Shown here: piece by piece, positions 35,571-45,419 of the stretch
How the letters are laid out: each line of letters starts with the position of its first letter
Numbering within the stretch: the stretch's first letter is position 1
NCBI GenBank assembly: GCA_017443075.1
Contig: JAFSPC010000065.1
Location: 6,413-70,412, forward strand
DNA: 64,000 nucleotides
Direction: 5' to 3'
Source: Paludibacteraceae bacterium
GTDB taxonomy: Bacteria; Bacteroidota; Bacteroidia; Bacteroidales; Paludibacteraceae
Notes under the pieces: model-generated
The model's input: the letters and a program-made list of their open reading frames with translations, nothing else
Database searches by the model: none
Told to the model about the DNA's origin: nothing
Program-made: the position numbers and the translations under genes

Positions 35571-37892
35571 CTACTGTTTGGTGGAAAGCGCGGCGTGCAT
35601 AGCGGCGGCAGCCTTGCGGCCGTCGGACATGGCCAAGATAACCGTAGCACCACCTCGCACGATGTCGCCACCGGCGTAGAGGATAGGTAGCGAGGAGCGC
35701 ATTGTGTCATCCACAACGATAGTCCCCTTACGCGAAACCTCCAGCCCAGCCACACTCTTCGGGATGATCGGGTTAGGCGATACGCCTACCGCCACTACCA
35801 CCATATCCGCAGGCATATTGATCGTCTTGCCCTCAACAGGCACAGGTGAGCGCCGGCCGGATTCATCCGGTTCGCCCAGCGTCATGACTTGCAGGACCGC
35901 CTCGCACACGCGACCGTTATCGTCGGCATGATACTCGATGGGGTTATGCAGCGTCATAAATTCTATCCCCTCTGCCTTGGCATGCTCTACCTCTTCGCGT
36001 CGTGCGGGCATCTCGTCCTCACTGCGGCGATAAACGATGATGGCATGCTCTGCGCCCAATCGTTTGGCAGTGCGCACGGCATCCATTGCGGTGTTGCCAC
36101 CACCTATGACGAGCACGTTCTTGCCATACAGCACCGGCGTGTCGGTAGCCGCATTGGTGGCATCCATCAGGTTGACGCGAGTCAGATACTCGTTGGACGA
36201 CATCACACCGTTCAGGTTCTCACCGGGGATACCCATAAACCTTGGCAGACCTGCGCCTGAGGCGACGAAGATCGCCTTGTACCCGTCAGCCTGCAAATTT
36301 TCGATAGTAATTGTTTTGCCAATGATTGTGTCGGTAACAAACTCCACGCCCAAGGCACGCAGGCCATCAATCTCCTTATCCACAATAGCATTCGGCAGAC
36401 GGTACTCGGGTATACCATACTTGAGCACACCTCCTATGGCATGCAATGCTTCGAACACGGTGACCTGATAGCCATACTTAGCCATATCGCCTGCAAACGT
36501 CAGTCCTGCAGGACCGGAGCCAACTACGGCGACCTTCAGCCCCCTCTCCGGCTCTCCCATCGTGGGGGAGAGAGTAGTATGACTATCTGCATGATCGGCT
36601 ACGTAACGCTCCAAATAACCGATGGCCACAGGCTGATGCCCCATCTTCAGGTGGATACATTGCGCCTCACATTGCTTTTCCTGCGGGCAGACGCGACCGC
36701 ATACGGCAGGCAGCGAACTGGATTCGTGGATGATATCCGACGCCTTGTTAATGTCGCCAAGCTCAATCTGCTTGATGAACGCCGGTATATTGATGTTCAC
36801 AGGGCAGCCCTTGACGCAGCCCGGGTTCTTACAACTCAGGCAGCGATGACTCTCGGTGAGTGCCTGCTCGGCAGTCAAGCCGAGATTAACCTCCTTGTGC
36901 AGGTACTTGACGCGCTCGGCAGGCGCTAACTCCGGCATAACGACACGTGGTATGGCAGCGCGCTCTTTCGCGCTCAGCACACTCGGAGACGGACTGACGC
37001 TCAGCGTCATTAACTCCTCGTGGCAGCTCGCTATCTCCACCGGACGCACTTCGTTAGCGTCCGTCGGGGACCCTATTTTGAGGTAGTTCTCGTAGGCAGT
37101 GGCTTCTTCGGGGCGGTAGGACTTGAGGCGTGATAGCATCTCGTCGAAGTCCACCTGATGGGCATCGAACTCGGGGCCGTCCACACAAACGAATTTCGTT
37201 TGTCCGCCTACCGTAACACGACATGCACCGCACATACCCGTACCATCCACCATAATCGTGTTCAGTGATGCTTCGGTGGGGATGTTGTATTTCTTTGTAG
37301 TGAGTGCCACAAACTTCATCATGATAGCCGGGCCGATCGTGATGCACTTATCAACATGTTCGCGATTGGCTACCATCTCCACGCCCTGTGTAACCAGACC
37401 TTTCGTTCCCATCGAACCATCGTCAGTCATGACGATGACCTCATCGGAGGTAGCAGCAAGCTCATCGTGCAGGATAATCAGGTCCTTGTTGCGCGCGGCA
37501 AGGATAGTTATAACACGGTTGCCTGCGCGCTTGAGTGCCTGCGCGATAGGCAACATAGGTGCTGCGCCCACGCCACCGCAGGCACATACGACGGTACCAT
37601 AGTTCTCGATACGCGTAGCCTGGCCGAGCGGCCCGACCACATCTGCCAGACGATCGCCTACGTTCATGGCGCAGAGTTTGGCGGTACTGACACCTATACG
37701 TTGTACGACAAGAGTGATAGTGCCGGCTGCCGTGTCGGCATCGGCGATAGTGAGCGGCATACGCTCGGAATGTGCATCAACACGTACGATAACGAAGTGT
37801 CCGGCCCTGCGACTCTTGGCAATGAGCGGAGCTTCAACAACAAGCTCCGCCACATTGTCAGAAAAGAAACGTTTGGATATGATTTTGTTCAT
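35571..37892 (-). CDS. fused PyrK/SudB-like FAD/[2Fe-2S] reductase and GltD/SudA-like NADPH oxidoreductase (NfnAB-type fusion)
   Basis: 773 aa. The N-terminal ~280 aa are ferredoxin-NADP reductase-like (FVIVRVD..ERMPLTIAD, C..G.C..C cluster). The C-terminal ~470 aa are glutamate synthase small-chain-like (C..C....C...CP 4Fe-4S motifs, VAVVGSGPAGL, VIGGGNTAMD). Confidence 0.85.
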   Translation of the reverse strand: MNKIISKRFFSDNVAELVVEAPLIAKSRRAGHFVIVRVDAHSERMPLTIADADTAAGTITLVVQRIGVSTAKLCAMNVGDRLADVVGPLGQATRIENYGTVVCACGGVGAAPMLPIAQALKRAGNRVITILAARNKDLIILHDELAATSDEVIVMTDDGSMGTKGLVTQGVEMVANREHVDKCITIGPAIMMKFVALTTKKYNIPTEASLNTIMVDGTGMCGACRVTVGGQTKFVCVDGPEFDAHQVDFDEMLSRLKSYRPEEATAYENYLKIGSPTDANEVRPVEIASCHEELMTLSVSPSPSVLSAKERAAIPRVVMPELAPAERVKYLHKEVNLGLTAEQALTESHRCLSCKNPGCVKGCPVNINIPAFIKQIELGDINKASDIIHESSSLPAVCGRVCPQEKQCEAQCIHLKMGHQPVAIGYLERYVADHADSHTTLSPTMGEPERGLKVAVVGSGPAGLTFAGDMAKYGYQVTVFEALHAIGGVLKYGIPEYRLPNAIVDKEIDGLRALGVEFVTDTIIGKTITIENLQADGYKAIFVASGAGLPRFMGIPGENLNGVMSSNEYLTRVNLMDATNAATDTPVLYGKNVLVIGGGNTAMDAVRTAKRLGAEHAIIVYRRSEDEMPARREEVEHAKAEGIEFMTLHNPIEYHADDNGRVCEAVLQVMTLGEPDESGRRSPVPVEGKTINMPADMVVVAVGVSPNPIIPKSVAGLEVSRKGTIVVDDTMRSSLPILYAGGDIVRGGATVILAMSDGRKAAAAMHAALSTKQ

Positions 37893-37931
37893 GTTTGCTA
37901 TGTAGCAGCCAAACTTGGCTGCTGATATAGG

Positions 37932-38819
37932 TTAGAAATACTTCTGCTCGCTGCCCTCAATCGAAGTGAGCAGGTTGTTAGCCAGACGGCTGGCGCCGAA
38001 GCGGAAAAGTTTGTTGGTGAGCCACTCTTTGCCAAGGATCTCCTTAACAAGCGTGTAGTGAGCAACCGCTTCGTCGGTCGTGCTGACGCCACCGGCAGGT
38101 TTATAGCCCTTGATTTCGCCTGTTTTCTCCTTCCACGCTTTGATAGCCTGGCACATGATGAATGTAGCCTCCACAGTAGCGTTAACGCTGATCTTGCCGG
38201 TAGAGGTCTTGATGAAGTCGGCACCGGCAGCCATAGCGAGGATAGATGCCTTCCAGATGTTCTCAGCGGTCTTCAGCGCGCCTGTCTCAAGGATAACCTT
38301 GAAGTGTGCATCTTTCGCTGCTGCTTTCTGCTCGGCAATCTCATCGAAGCACTCTTGATACTTGCCCTCAAGGAACTTACCCTGCGACAGAACCATGTCG
38401 CACTCGGTAGCCCCATGACTGACAGCCATAGCCGTCTCGGCTACCTTGATCTCGATAAACGTTTGTGCTGCAGGGAAGCCGCCTACTACGGATGTGATGC
38501 CTACGCCCTCCGCCTTAAGGTTGGCTTTTACTACAGGTACCAGTGCCGGATAGACGCAGATGGATGCTACATTGTAATCCTTGAGATGGGGGTAGTGATC
38601 GCCGAAATAATTGACGCAGGCAGCCATCTTTTCCACACGTGCATCGGTATCGTCACCCATCAGAGTGGTGAGATCAATCTGGTGGAGGCACTGCTTCCAT
38701 ACAGTGGCGTTGTTGTTCTCTGCTGCATGCTTAGCAAGGATATCAGCGGTTTGAGCTTTGACTTGCTCATCGGTTAGCGCAAACGGATATTGCGCAAACA
38801 ATTCTTCAAACTTGTTCAT
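37932..38819 (-). CDS. deoC: deoxyribose-phosphate aldolase
   Basis: 295 aa with the Schiff-base lysine context FIKTSTGK and an upstream VVGGFP. Confidence 0.8.
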   Translation of the reverse strand: MNKFEELFAQYPFALTDEQVKAQTADILAKHAAENNNATVWKQCLHQIDLTTLMGDDTDARVEKMAACVNYFGDHYPHLKDYNVASICVYPALVPVVKANLKAEGVGITSVVGGFPAAQTFIEIKVAETAMAVSHGATECDMVLSQGKFLEGKYQECFDEIAEQKAAAKDAHFKVILETGALKTAENIWKASILAMAAGADFIKTSTGKISVNATVEATFIMCQAIKAWKEKTGEIKGYKPAGGVSTTDEAVAHYTLVKEILGKEWLTNKLFRFGASRLANNLLTSIEGSEQKYF

Positions 38820-38897
38820 GGCGGTTATGTTTAATTGATGATTAACTATATGATGTATTGATCTGCTACGTTTGGCGGATATATTCCGCGTGAGGGG

Positions 38898-39578
38898 TTA
38901 TTGATGCAGTTTGGCGATGACCGTTTCGTTGCCCCGAACGTTTTCGCCCATCTCGACAAACATCTCGGTATTGAGCGGCAGGTAGAGGTCAACCCGTGAT
39001 CCGAGCTTGATGAACCCGAGGTGCGAGTTACGGTGGCACTCCTTGCCGGCACGGGCATAGGTAACGATACGTCGCGCCATAGCACCGGCTATCTGTCGCA
39101 CGGCGATGATGGCATTGGACTTGGTTTGGATGACTACCAGCGAACGCTCGTTCTCAATCGAGGACTTAGGCAGCCATGCCGCTTTGTGATTGCCCGCCTG
39201 ATGTTCGGATACAAGGATCGTACCCTCACATGGATACCAGTTGGCATGCACGTTGAAAGGCGACATGAAGATGCTGACCTGCAGACGCTGCTCGTGGAAA
39301 TACTCGTTCTCCATAACGGGTTCGATCACTACCACCTTGCCGTCAGCCGGAGCGACGAGATAATCAGGATCGTCAATCGTAAAGACACGTACAGGGTCGC
39401 GGAAGAAATACACCACGAACACGAGTGCAATAGCCGAAAGCGCCAAGAGAATAGCTAAAATCCAATGCGGCCAGTAAAAGTATGCCGTGATGTTGATGAT
39501 AAAGACCACAAGAGCTACGATAAGCAACATCCCACGTCCCTCGCGGTGCAGTCCTGTACGTTTGCGTTGTTTTGCCAT
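38898..39578 (-). CDS. psd: phosphatidylserine decarboxylase (short, membrane-anchored type)
   Basis: The ORF extends to 39764, but that extension overlaps the upstream gene. Met at 39578 gives MAKQRKRTG plus two TM helices. The self-cleavage region is FIKLGSRVD. Confidence 0.82.
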   Translation of the reverse strand: MAKQRKRTGLHREGRGMLLIVALVVFIINITAYFYWPHWILAILLALSAIALVFVVYFFRDPVRVFTIDDPDYLVAPADGKVVVIEPVMENEYFHEQRLQVSIFMSPFNVHANWYPCEGTILVSEHQAGNHKAAWLPKSSIENERSLVVIQTKSNAIIAVRQIAGAMARRIVTYARAGKECHRNSHLGFIKLGSRVDLYLPLNTEMFVEMGENVRGNETVIAKLHQ

Positions 39579-39598
39579 TGTTGTGTTCGTTAGGTATC

Positions 39599-40024
39599 TT
39601 ATATCCATTGTTCGAAAGGCATCTTTGCCATCATGTCGGCAGCCTGGTCCATACCCTCCTGAATTTTCTTGCCAGCCATCATGGCTATCATCATCGGCAG
39701 TTCGGCTTTGAGCGTCAGTTTGATGCGGCTGTCGTGCGGAGCGACCTGCTTGATTTGTATCCAAAAGTTGCCGTCTACAGGCAGGTTCTCGATGCCGAAC
39801 TTGACCATATCCCCCGGTATGCGGTCCACTATACGAATGACTATCTTCTGCCCCAGGCCGTCCACCTTGAGGCGGACAAAATCGGTATCAGTTTCAAACT
39901 CCTGCACCTTATCTTGCGGTATGAGGTCGCGTACACGCTCCAGATTGCTCAGGTTGGAGACGACGGCGTAGATGGCTGCTGCGTCTGCCGCAACGGCGGC
40001 TATGTGACTTTCGTACGTTTTCAT
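39599..40024 (-). CDS. SRPBCC (START/Bet v 1-like) family protein, function unknown
   Basis: 141 aa, soluble, with an alternating beta/long C-terminal helix pattern. The family assignment is tentative. Confidence 0.5.
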   Translation of the reverse strand: MKTYESHIAAVAADAAAIYAVVSNLSNLERVRDLIPQDKVQEFETDTDFVRLKVDGLGQKIVIRIVDRIPGDMVKFGIENLPVDGNFWIQIKQVAPHDSRIKLTLKAELPMMIAMMAGKKIQEGMDQAADMMAKMPFEQWI

Positions 40025-40851
40025 TATTCGTGATGTTTAGCTTCGTAATGTTCTATTCGTTGTGAGGCAAGGCGAACCTGCTGTTCAAGCTGATCGATGT
40101 CGCGCATTAGCAACCCGAGCCGGTAGGTCTGATCAAGGGCTTGTTTCTCGCCATCTGACAGGTAATATACAGTCCCTGCTTTGCTCTGACCCTTGGGTGT
40201 CACACGTATGCGGTCGCCTGTATGCGAGGATATGAAGTTCAGCACCTCTATCGCCTGATCGCCCTCGAGGGTAAGAATCTCGTGCCAGCCCTCGACCTCA
40301 AAGGCGTGATTGCTACCCTGTTGTTCTATAATCTGCTCGCCAGCCTGAAGTGCTACCGAGGTCTGGCGGAGAGGTTTGGCACCATAGTAATAACTCTTGA
40401 CCAGCGTCTTGCGATCATCGGATACATAGGCCTGAAGGAAACAGCGGTTCGTGTTCCAACCTGTTTGCAGGCTGCGATAGACATACTGCCCATGGTCCTC
40501 ATACGCCTCGCTCTGTTCGAACCGAAATTGCTTGAGCAACTCGTCTGCCTTTGGCAGAAGCGTCTGCAAGAGCGAATCGGCGTAGCGCAGCGACTGTTGC
40601 GATTGCAGATATACGATTGAATCCTTGACAGCCTTGGCCTGCCTGCGTTGTGCCACCTGCTTAGGGTATAGCGCATGAACAGAGTCAAGCTGCGAAAGCG
40701 CAGCCTCATAGCGGTGCTGACCGACCAGCTCGGCAGCATAATCAACATGAGCCTGTGCGGCGCGCTCCTGCTTGCGCCCTGTGCAGGCGGCAAGACAAAG
40801 CAATAGCGCAACAGCCAGCAGGCATCTAATATGTGAATAATACATGTGCAT
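40024..40851 (-). CDS. hypothetical lipoprotein
   Basis: 275 aa with a lipobox LLCLAAC near the N-terminus. Its stop overlaps the downstream start at 40024 by 1 nt. Confidence 0.6.
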   Translation of the reverse strand: MHMYYSHIRCLLAVALLLCLAACTGRKQERAAQAHVDYAAELVGQHRYEAALSQLDSVHALYPKQVAQRRQAKAVKDSIVYLQSQQSLRYADSLLQTLLPKADELLKQFRFEQSEAYEDHGQYVYRSLQTGWNTNRCFLQAYVSDDRKTLVKSYYYGAKPLRQTSVALQAGEQIIEQQGSNHAFEVEGWHEILTLEGDQAIEVLNFISSHTGDRIRVTPKGQSKAGTVYYLSDGEKQALDQTYRLGLLMRDIDQLEQQVRLASQRIEHYEAKHHE

Positions 40852-40876
40852 CGGTGCGAATCATAAATAGCACGTA

Positions 40877-40884
40877 CAAAGTTA
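40877..40884 (-). promoter_or_regulatory. minus-strand -7 box (TAACTTTG) for the 40851 operon
   Basis: caaagtta is the reverse complement of TAACTTTG, 26 nt upstream of the start. Confidence 0.5.
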
Positions 40885-40997
40885 CGAAAAATATTTCAAA
40901 TATCCTAATTTGGCACTATTTATACCATAAATTATGCGTAAAAATAATATTTTTGTAAAAAATTAACGGAAAATTTGCATATTTGAAAAATTTTTAT

Positions 40998-41005
40998 TAA
41001 CTTTG
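40998..41005 (+). promoter_or_regulatory. -7 box TAACTTTG for the TPR lipoprotein gene
   Basis: Exact TAnnTTTG in a divergent AT-rich intergenic region. Confidence 0.5.
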
Positions 41006-41108
41006 CAGCCGATTAAAAGTGTAGTGCGCTCAATGCGGACGGCATACGAATGCGAAAGCACCCAAGGTAGAACAACTAACACACAAATTATACAATAAAT
41101 CAACGAGT

Positions 41109-42800
41109 ATGAAAAAACATTTTCTAATGTTGACAGCGATTGCTTTGGCAGTCCTGACATCTTGTAACAACACGCTGCCCAATCCTGAGCAGGTGAAAAT
41201 CAACCCGAGCCCGATGGCTGTGGTAGGTGACAAAGTGAACGTGGACATCACGGGCACATTCCCCGAGAAGAAGTTCGCCAAGAAAGGCGTATTGGTAGTT
41301 ACTCCCGTACTGAAGTATGGTGACAAGGAGTTGCTGAGCGACCCTGTAACCTACGTAGGCGAGAAAGCCAAAGAGAACGGTACACAAGTTAACTACAAAG
41401 AGGGTGGTACGTATCGTCAGCATGCAACGTTTGCATACAACGGTGCAATGGACAAGAACACCAAGCTCTACCTGCGTTTTAACGCCAAAGTTGGCAACAA
41501 AGAGATTGAGTTGCCAGACATGCTGATCGCCGAGGGCTTGAACTCGACCGCTAAGAACGTCAGCGCCCGCGACAACAAGCCCCAAGTAACAGCTGACAAG
41601 TTCCAGCGCGTTATCCAACAGATGCAAGAGGCTGACATTCTGTTCCTCATCCAGCAGGCAACCCTCCGTAATTCGGAGACCACCTCGCAGCAGATGAAAG
41701 ACCTGCAGGCTGCCATCAAAGAGGCTAACAGCAACGAGCGCAAGGCTATCCACAGCCTTGAGGTTGCCGGTTATGCTTCACCGGATGGTGCACAGGCTCT
41801 GAACGAGAAGCTGGCTAAGAACCGCCAAGACGTAGCTCAGAAGTTCCTGGCTAAGGATCTGAAGAAGAACAAGATCAACCAAGCTATTGAGAGCAACATC
41901 ACGGCTGAGGACTGGGAGGGCTTCAAGGCTGCCCTTGAGAACAGCAACATTCAGGACAAAGAGTTGGTTCTGCGCGTGCTGTCGATGTACAATGATCCTG
42001 AGGAGCGCGAGACCCAGATCAAGAACATTGCCGCTGCCTACAAGAACATTGCAGACGAGATCCTGCCGGCATTGCGCCGCAGCCGTCTTATTCTGACCAC
42101 TGACCTGATCGGTAAGTCGGACGACGAGATCAAGGCGCTGGCTAAGAACGACCCTGCCGCACTGACCGTTGAGGAGTTGCTGTACGCAGCCACCCTGACC
42201 AACGACAATGCAGAGAAGATCCGCATCTACAAGAAGGTTACCGAGCTCTATTCAGGCGACTACCGCGGCTTCAACAACCTCGGTATGGCGTACATGAATG
42301 AGGGTAACGTAGCCGAAGCACGCCGTTGCTTCCAGAGCGCACTGCAGATCGAACCTAACAATCCTGACGTTAACTACAACGCCGGTGTAGCCGCTATGGC
42401 TGACGGCGACCTGAAGAAGGCTGAGGAGTACCTGGGCAAGGCTGCCGGCACACAAGCCAACCTCGCTGCCGCTATGGGTACATTGTACACCATGAAGGGC
42501 GACTACAAGAGCGCACGCGGTGCATACGGTCAGAGCGCAACCAACAACGCTGCTGTTCAGCAGATCCTGAGCGAGGATTATGCTGCTGCCAAGAAGACCT
42601 TGGACGCTGTAGCAGAGCCGAACGCAACGACCGCATACCTGAAGGCTGTTGTAGGTGCACGCACTAACAATCGTGCCGATGTACTGAGCAATCTGAAGAA
42701 CGCCGTAGCAAAAGACGCCAACATGAAGGCTAAGGCTGCTAACGATGTTGAGTTTGCCAAGTTTGCTGAGGATGCCGAGTTCTTGGCTATCATTAAGTAA
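41109..42800 (+). CDS. lipoprotein with C-terminal TPR repeats
   Basis: 563 aa with lipobox LAVLTSC. The central segment is weakly OmpA-C-like (VAGYASPDG....N..LA..R). TPR-like repeats (NLGMAYMNEGNVAEARRCFQSALQIEPNNPDVNYN) lie near the C-terminus. Confidence 0.65.
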   Translation: MKKHFLMLTAIALAVLTSCNNTLPNPEQVKINPSPMAVVGDKVNVDITGTFPEKKFAKKGVLVVTPVLKYGDKELLSDPVTYVGEKAKENGTQVNYKEGGTYRQHATFAYNGAMDKNTKLYLRFNAKVGNKEIELPDMLIAEGLNSTAKNVSARDNKPQVTADKFQRVIQQMQEADILFLIQQATLRNSETTSQQMKDLQAAIKEANSNERKAIHSLEVAGYASPDGAQALNEKLAKNRQDVAQKFLAKDLKKNKINQAIESNITAEDWEGFKAALENSNIQDKELVLRVLSMYNDPEERETQIKNIAAAYKNIADEILPALRRSRLILTTDLIGKSDDEIKALAKNDPAALTVEELLYAATLTNDNAEKIRIYKKVTELYSGDYRGFNNLGMAYMNEGNVAEARRCFQSALQIEPNNPDVNYNAGVAAMADGDLKKAEEYLGKAAGTQANLAAAMGTLYTMKGDYKSARGAYGQSATNNAAVQQILSEDYAAAKKTLDAVAEPNATTAYLKAVVGARTNNRADVLSNLKNAVAKDANMKAKAANDVEFAKFAEDAEFLAIIK

Positions 42801-43114
42801 TGTCGGTACTATTTCCGAAAGTAAACAAACCTCGTGAGTGGGACTATCGTCCTATCTACTACGACGCAGAGAAAGAGGCGCGCAAGCAAAAACTTGCGCG
42901 CCTTCGGGCTTTGCGTAAAGATGCAGAGCGTGACGCCGAAGATAGCGAACAGCCCACAGAAAAGGAGCATGTGACCATGCTGCACCGCGGCTCGTTCCGC
43001 GAGGCACATGAGGCACAGACCAAGTTGCGGACGAACACTGAGCGTACATCCAAACTATCGTTCTGGATAGTGCTGTTAGTGCTGTTGTTTATCACGTTCT
43101 ATTGGCTATTATAG
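42800..43114 (+). CDS. hypothetical tail-anchored small membrane protein
   Basis: 104 aa with a charged N-terminal part and one C-terminal TM helix (FWIVLLVLLFITFYWLL). Its ATG overlaps the upstream TAA by 1 nt. Confidence 0.5.
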   Translation: MSVLFPKVNKPREWDYRPIYYDAEKEARKQKLARLRALRKDAERDAEDSEQPTEKEHVTMLHRGSFREAHEAQTKLRTNTERTSKLSFWIVLLVLLFITFYWLL

Positions 43115-43125
43115 TGCCCTAAGCA

Positions 43126-44943
43126 ATGGATGTTATCCGTCTGTTACCGGATAGTGTAGCCAACCAGATTGCGGCAGGCGAGGTAATACAACGTCCTGCC
43201 TCGTGCTTGAAAGAGTTGGTGGAGAACTCGCTGGACGCGGGGGCTCGTGCTATACGCGTGCTCGTGCGCGACGCGGGCAAAACACTTATACAAGTGATAG
43301 ACGACGGCTCGGGGATGTCGGTATCTGATGCCCGCATGGCATTTGAGCGTCACGCCACATCCAAGATTCGCGAAGCACAAGACCTCTTCCATCTGCGTAC
43401 GATGGGTTTTCGCGGCGAAGCGCTGCCAAGCATCTGCGCTGTGGCACAAGTAACGATGCACACCCGCAGGCAACAAGATGAGATAGGAACGCTGCTGGAG
43501 ATCAACGGCTCACAGGTGCAGACACAAGAGCCATGTCAGTGTGCCGCAGGCACCAGCATACAGGTGAAAAACCTGTTCTTCAACGTGCCAGCGCGCCGCA
43601 GGTTTCTCAAGTCCGACCAGACCGAACTGCGCAACCTGATCACAACCTTCCAGCACATTGTACTGGTTTATCCTGAGGTGGCATTCACGTTCGCCTCGGA
43701 TGATGAGGTCATTTACGACCTGCCGGTAGGCACGTTCAAACAGCGCATTGAGGGCGTGTTCGGCAAGAGCAAGAACAAACTAATCACCTCCCAACTATTG
43801 GAGATCAAACAGCAAACGGAGTTAGTCACCATCCATGGTTACGTAGGCAAACCTGAGGCGGCATCCAAGCAGGCGCAGCAGTTCTTCTTCGTGAACGGCA
43901 GATACATGCGTCACCCCTATTTCCACAAGGCAGTCCTGCAAGCCTATACTGGCATGTTGCCTGCCGAACAGTTACCCCCGTACTTCATTTATTTTGACAT
44001 CGCTCCAGAGTCAATAGATGTGAATGTTCACCCGACGAAGACAGAGATCAAGTTTGCGGACGAGCAGTCCATCTTCCCCATCTTGTCGGCTACCGTTCGT
44101 GCGGCATTAGGCAAGTTCAACATAGTACCGTCCATCGACTTTTTGGGCGGTGACATTGAGATCCCCGTATCCGACACTCAAATGCGCGCCAACGCCAAGG
44201 TGCCACAAATACATGTTACGGAGGGCTACAACCCCTTTACCCGACACCGAAGCATCACTGAGCAAGGAGAGCGCGTCAGTCCCCATTGGCAAGATCTGTA
44301 CGAGCCGCTCAGGCATCAGCAGACGGCACCAGAAGCACCACACTATCCCGAACCGGCAGACGAGCCGAGGGATGAGAGTGCATACATCGACCATCCTCAG
44401 GCGTTGGCAGGCGGGTACATCGCCTGTGTAGCGGACGAGGGTTTAATGCTCGTGCACGCACGGCGTGCGCATATCACAATCTTATACTACCAACTGGTAT
44501 CCCAACTACAGAACCGGCAAGGCGTGAGTCAGCAACTATTGTTTGCTGAGCAACTGACTATCAGCGCCGACGAGCAGCCGGTACTGGAAGCCCTGCTACC
44601 CGACTTGAGGTATATAGGGTTTGAATTGGAACGCGTGTCGTCCACGCAATACGACATCACAGCCCTACCCTCGGTGCTGGGCAACAACAATGCAGAGGCC
44701 TCGCTGCGCGCCATCTTGTCTCGCGTGGGCGAAGGCGATGCAAATATACAGCAAGATATCCAACAACGCATAGCTCTAACGCTGGCGCAAAGCGCCGCTA
44801 TACCTATGGGCAAGCCGCTGAGCGAAGCTGAGATGCGCGACATACTCAGCCGCCTGTTCGCGCTGCCGTCCTACCGCATCACGCCTGACGGCAAAACGGT
44901 GGTAACATGGCTATCGGCCGAAGAAATAGCAAGGCGGTTTTAG
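43126..44943 (+). CDS. mutL: DNA mismatch repair protein MutL
   Basis: 605 aa with the GHKL ATPase N-terminus (IAAGEVIQRPAS.LKELVENSLDAGA, DDGSGM, FRGEAL) and a MutL C-terminal dimerisation domain. Confidence 0.93.
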   Translation: MDVIRLLPDSVANQIAAGEVIQRPASCLKELVENSLDAGARAIRVLVRDAGKTLIQVIDDGSGMSVSDARMAFERHATSKIREAQDLFHLRTMGFRGEALPSICAVAQVTMHTRRQQDEIGTLLEINGSQVQTQEPCQCAAGTSIQVKNLFFNVPARRRFLKSDQTELRNLITTFQHIVLVYPEVAFTFASDDEVIYDLPVGTFKQRIEGVFGKSKNKLITSQLLEIKQQTELVTIHGYVGKPEAASKQAQQFFFVNGRYMRHPYFHKAVLQAYTGMLPAEQLPPYFIYFDIAPESIDVNVHPTKTEIKFADEQSIFPILSATVRAALGKFNIVPSIDFLGGDIEIPVSDTQMRANAKVPQIHVTEGYNPFTRHRSITEQGERVSPHWQDLYEPLRHQQTAPEAPHYPEPADEPRDESAYIDHPQALAGGYIACVADEGLMLVHARRAHITILYYQLVSQLQNRQGVSQQLLFAEQLTISADEQPVLEALLPDLRYIGFELERVSSTQYDITALPSVLGNNNAEASLRAILSRVGEGDANIQQDIQQRIALTLAQSAAIPMGKPLSEAEMRDILSRLFALPSYRITPDGKTVVTWLSAEEIARRF

Positions 44944-45136
44944 CAAGTGTTTTAGCGAGTGGATATAGCAAAAAAAAGTTAATAGCACTGCAAATGTGCT
45001 TAACAGACGGCAAATATTTGCTTTTTCGAAGAAAAAGGCGTTACTTTGCATTTGCGCTCCGTTCCGGCTGTGCCGACGGGAGTGAACGGAATGGAACAAA
45101 CAACAGATTAATTTAACCCAATAAAAATAACACATT

Positions 45137-45376
45137 ATGTCTGAAATTGAATCAAAAGTTATTGACATCATCGTTGAGAAGTTAGGTGTCAGCAAGTCGC
45201 AAGTTACTATGGAGTCGTCATACACAGCCGATCTGAACGCTGATTCGCTGGACGTTGTTGAGCTCGTTATGGAGTTTGAGAAAGAGTTCGGTATTACCAT
45301 CTCTGACGATGCTACCCAAAAGATCAGCACTGTAGGTGACACCGTAGCATACATCACCGAGGCTCTGAACAAATAA
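45137..45376 (+). CDS. acpP: acyl carrier protein
   Basis: 79 aa with the phosphopantetheine site [14 protein letters not shown]. Confidence 0.93.
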   Translation: MSEIESKVIDIIVEKLGVSKSQVTMESSYTADLNADSLDVVELVMEFEKEFGITISDDATQKISTVGDTVAYITEALNK

Positions 45377-45419
45377 TTCGGCTCACATAGCAAGTTGATA
45401 CACCAGGCGATAATCATTC

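Noticed and set aside
39579-39764. 62-codon N-terminal extension of psd (ORF 38898..39764)
   Set aside because: The extension overlaps the 3' end of the upstream SRPBCC gene (39599..40024) in another frame and is compositionally odd. The Met at 39578 gives the expected charged N-terminus followed by TM helices.
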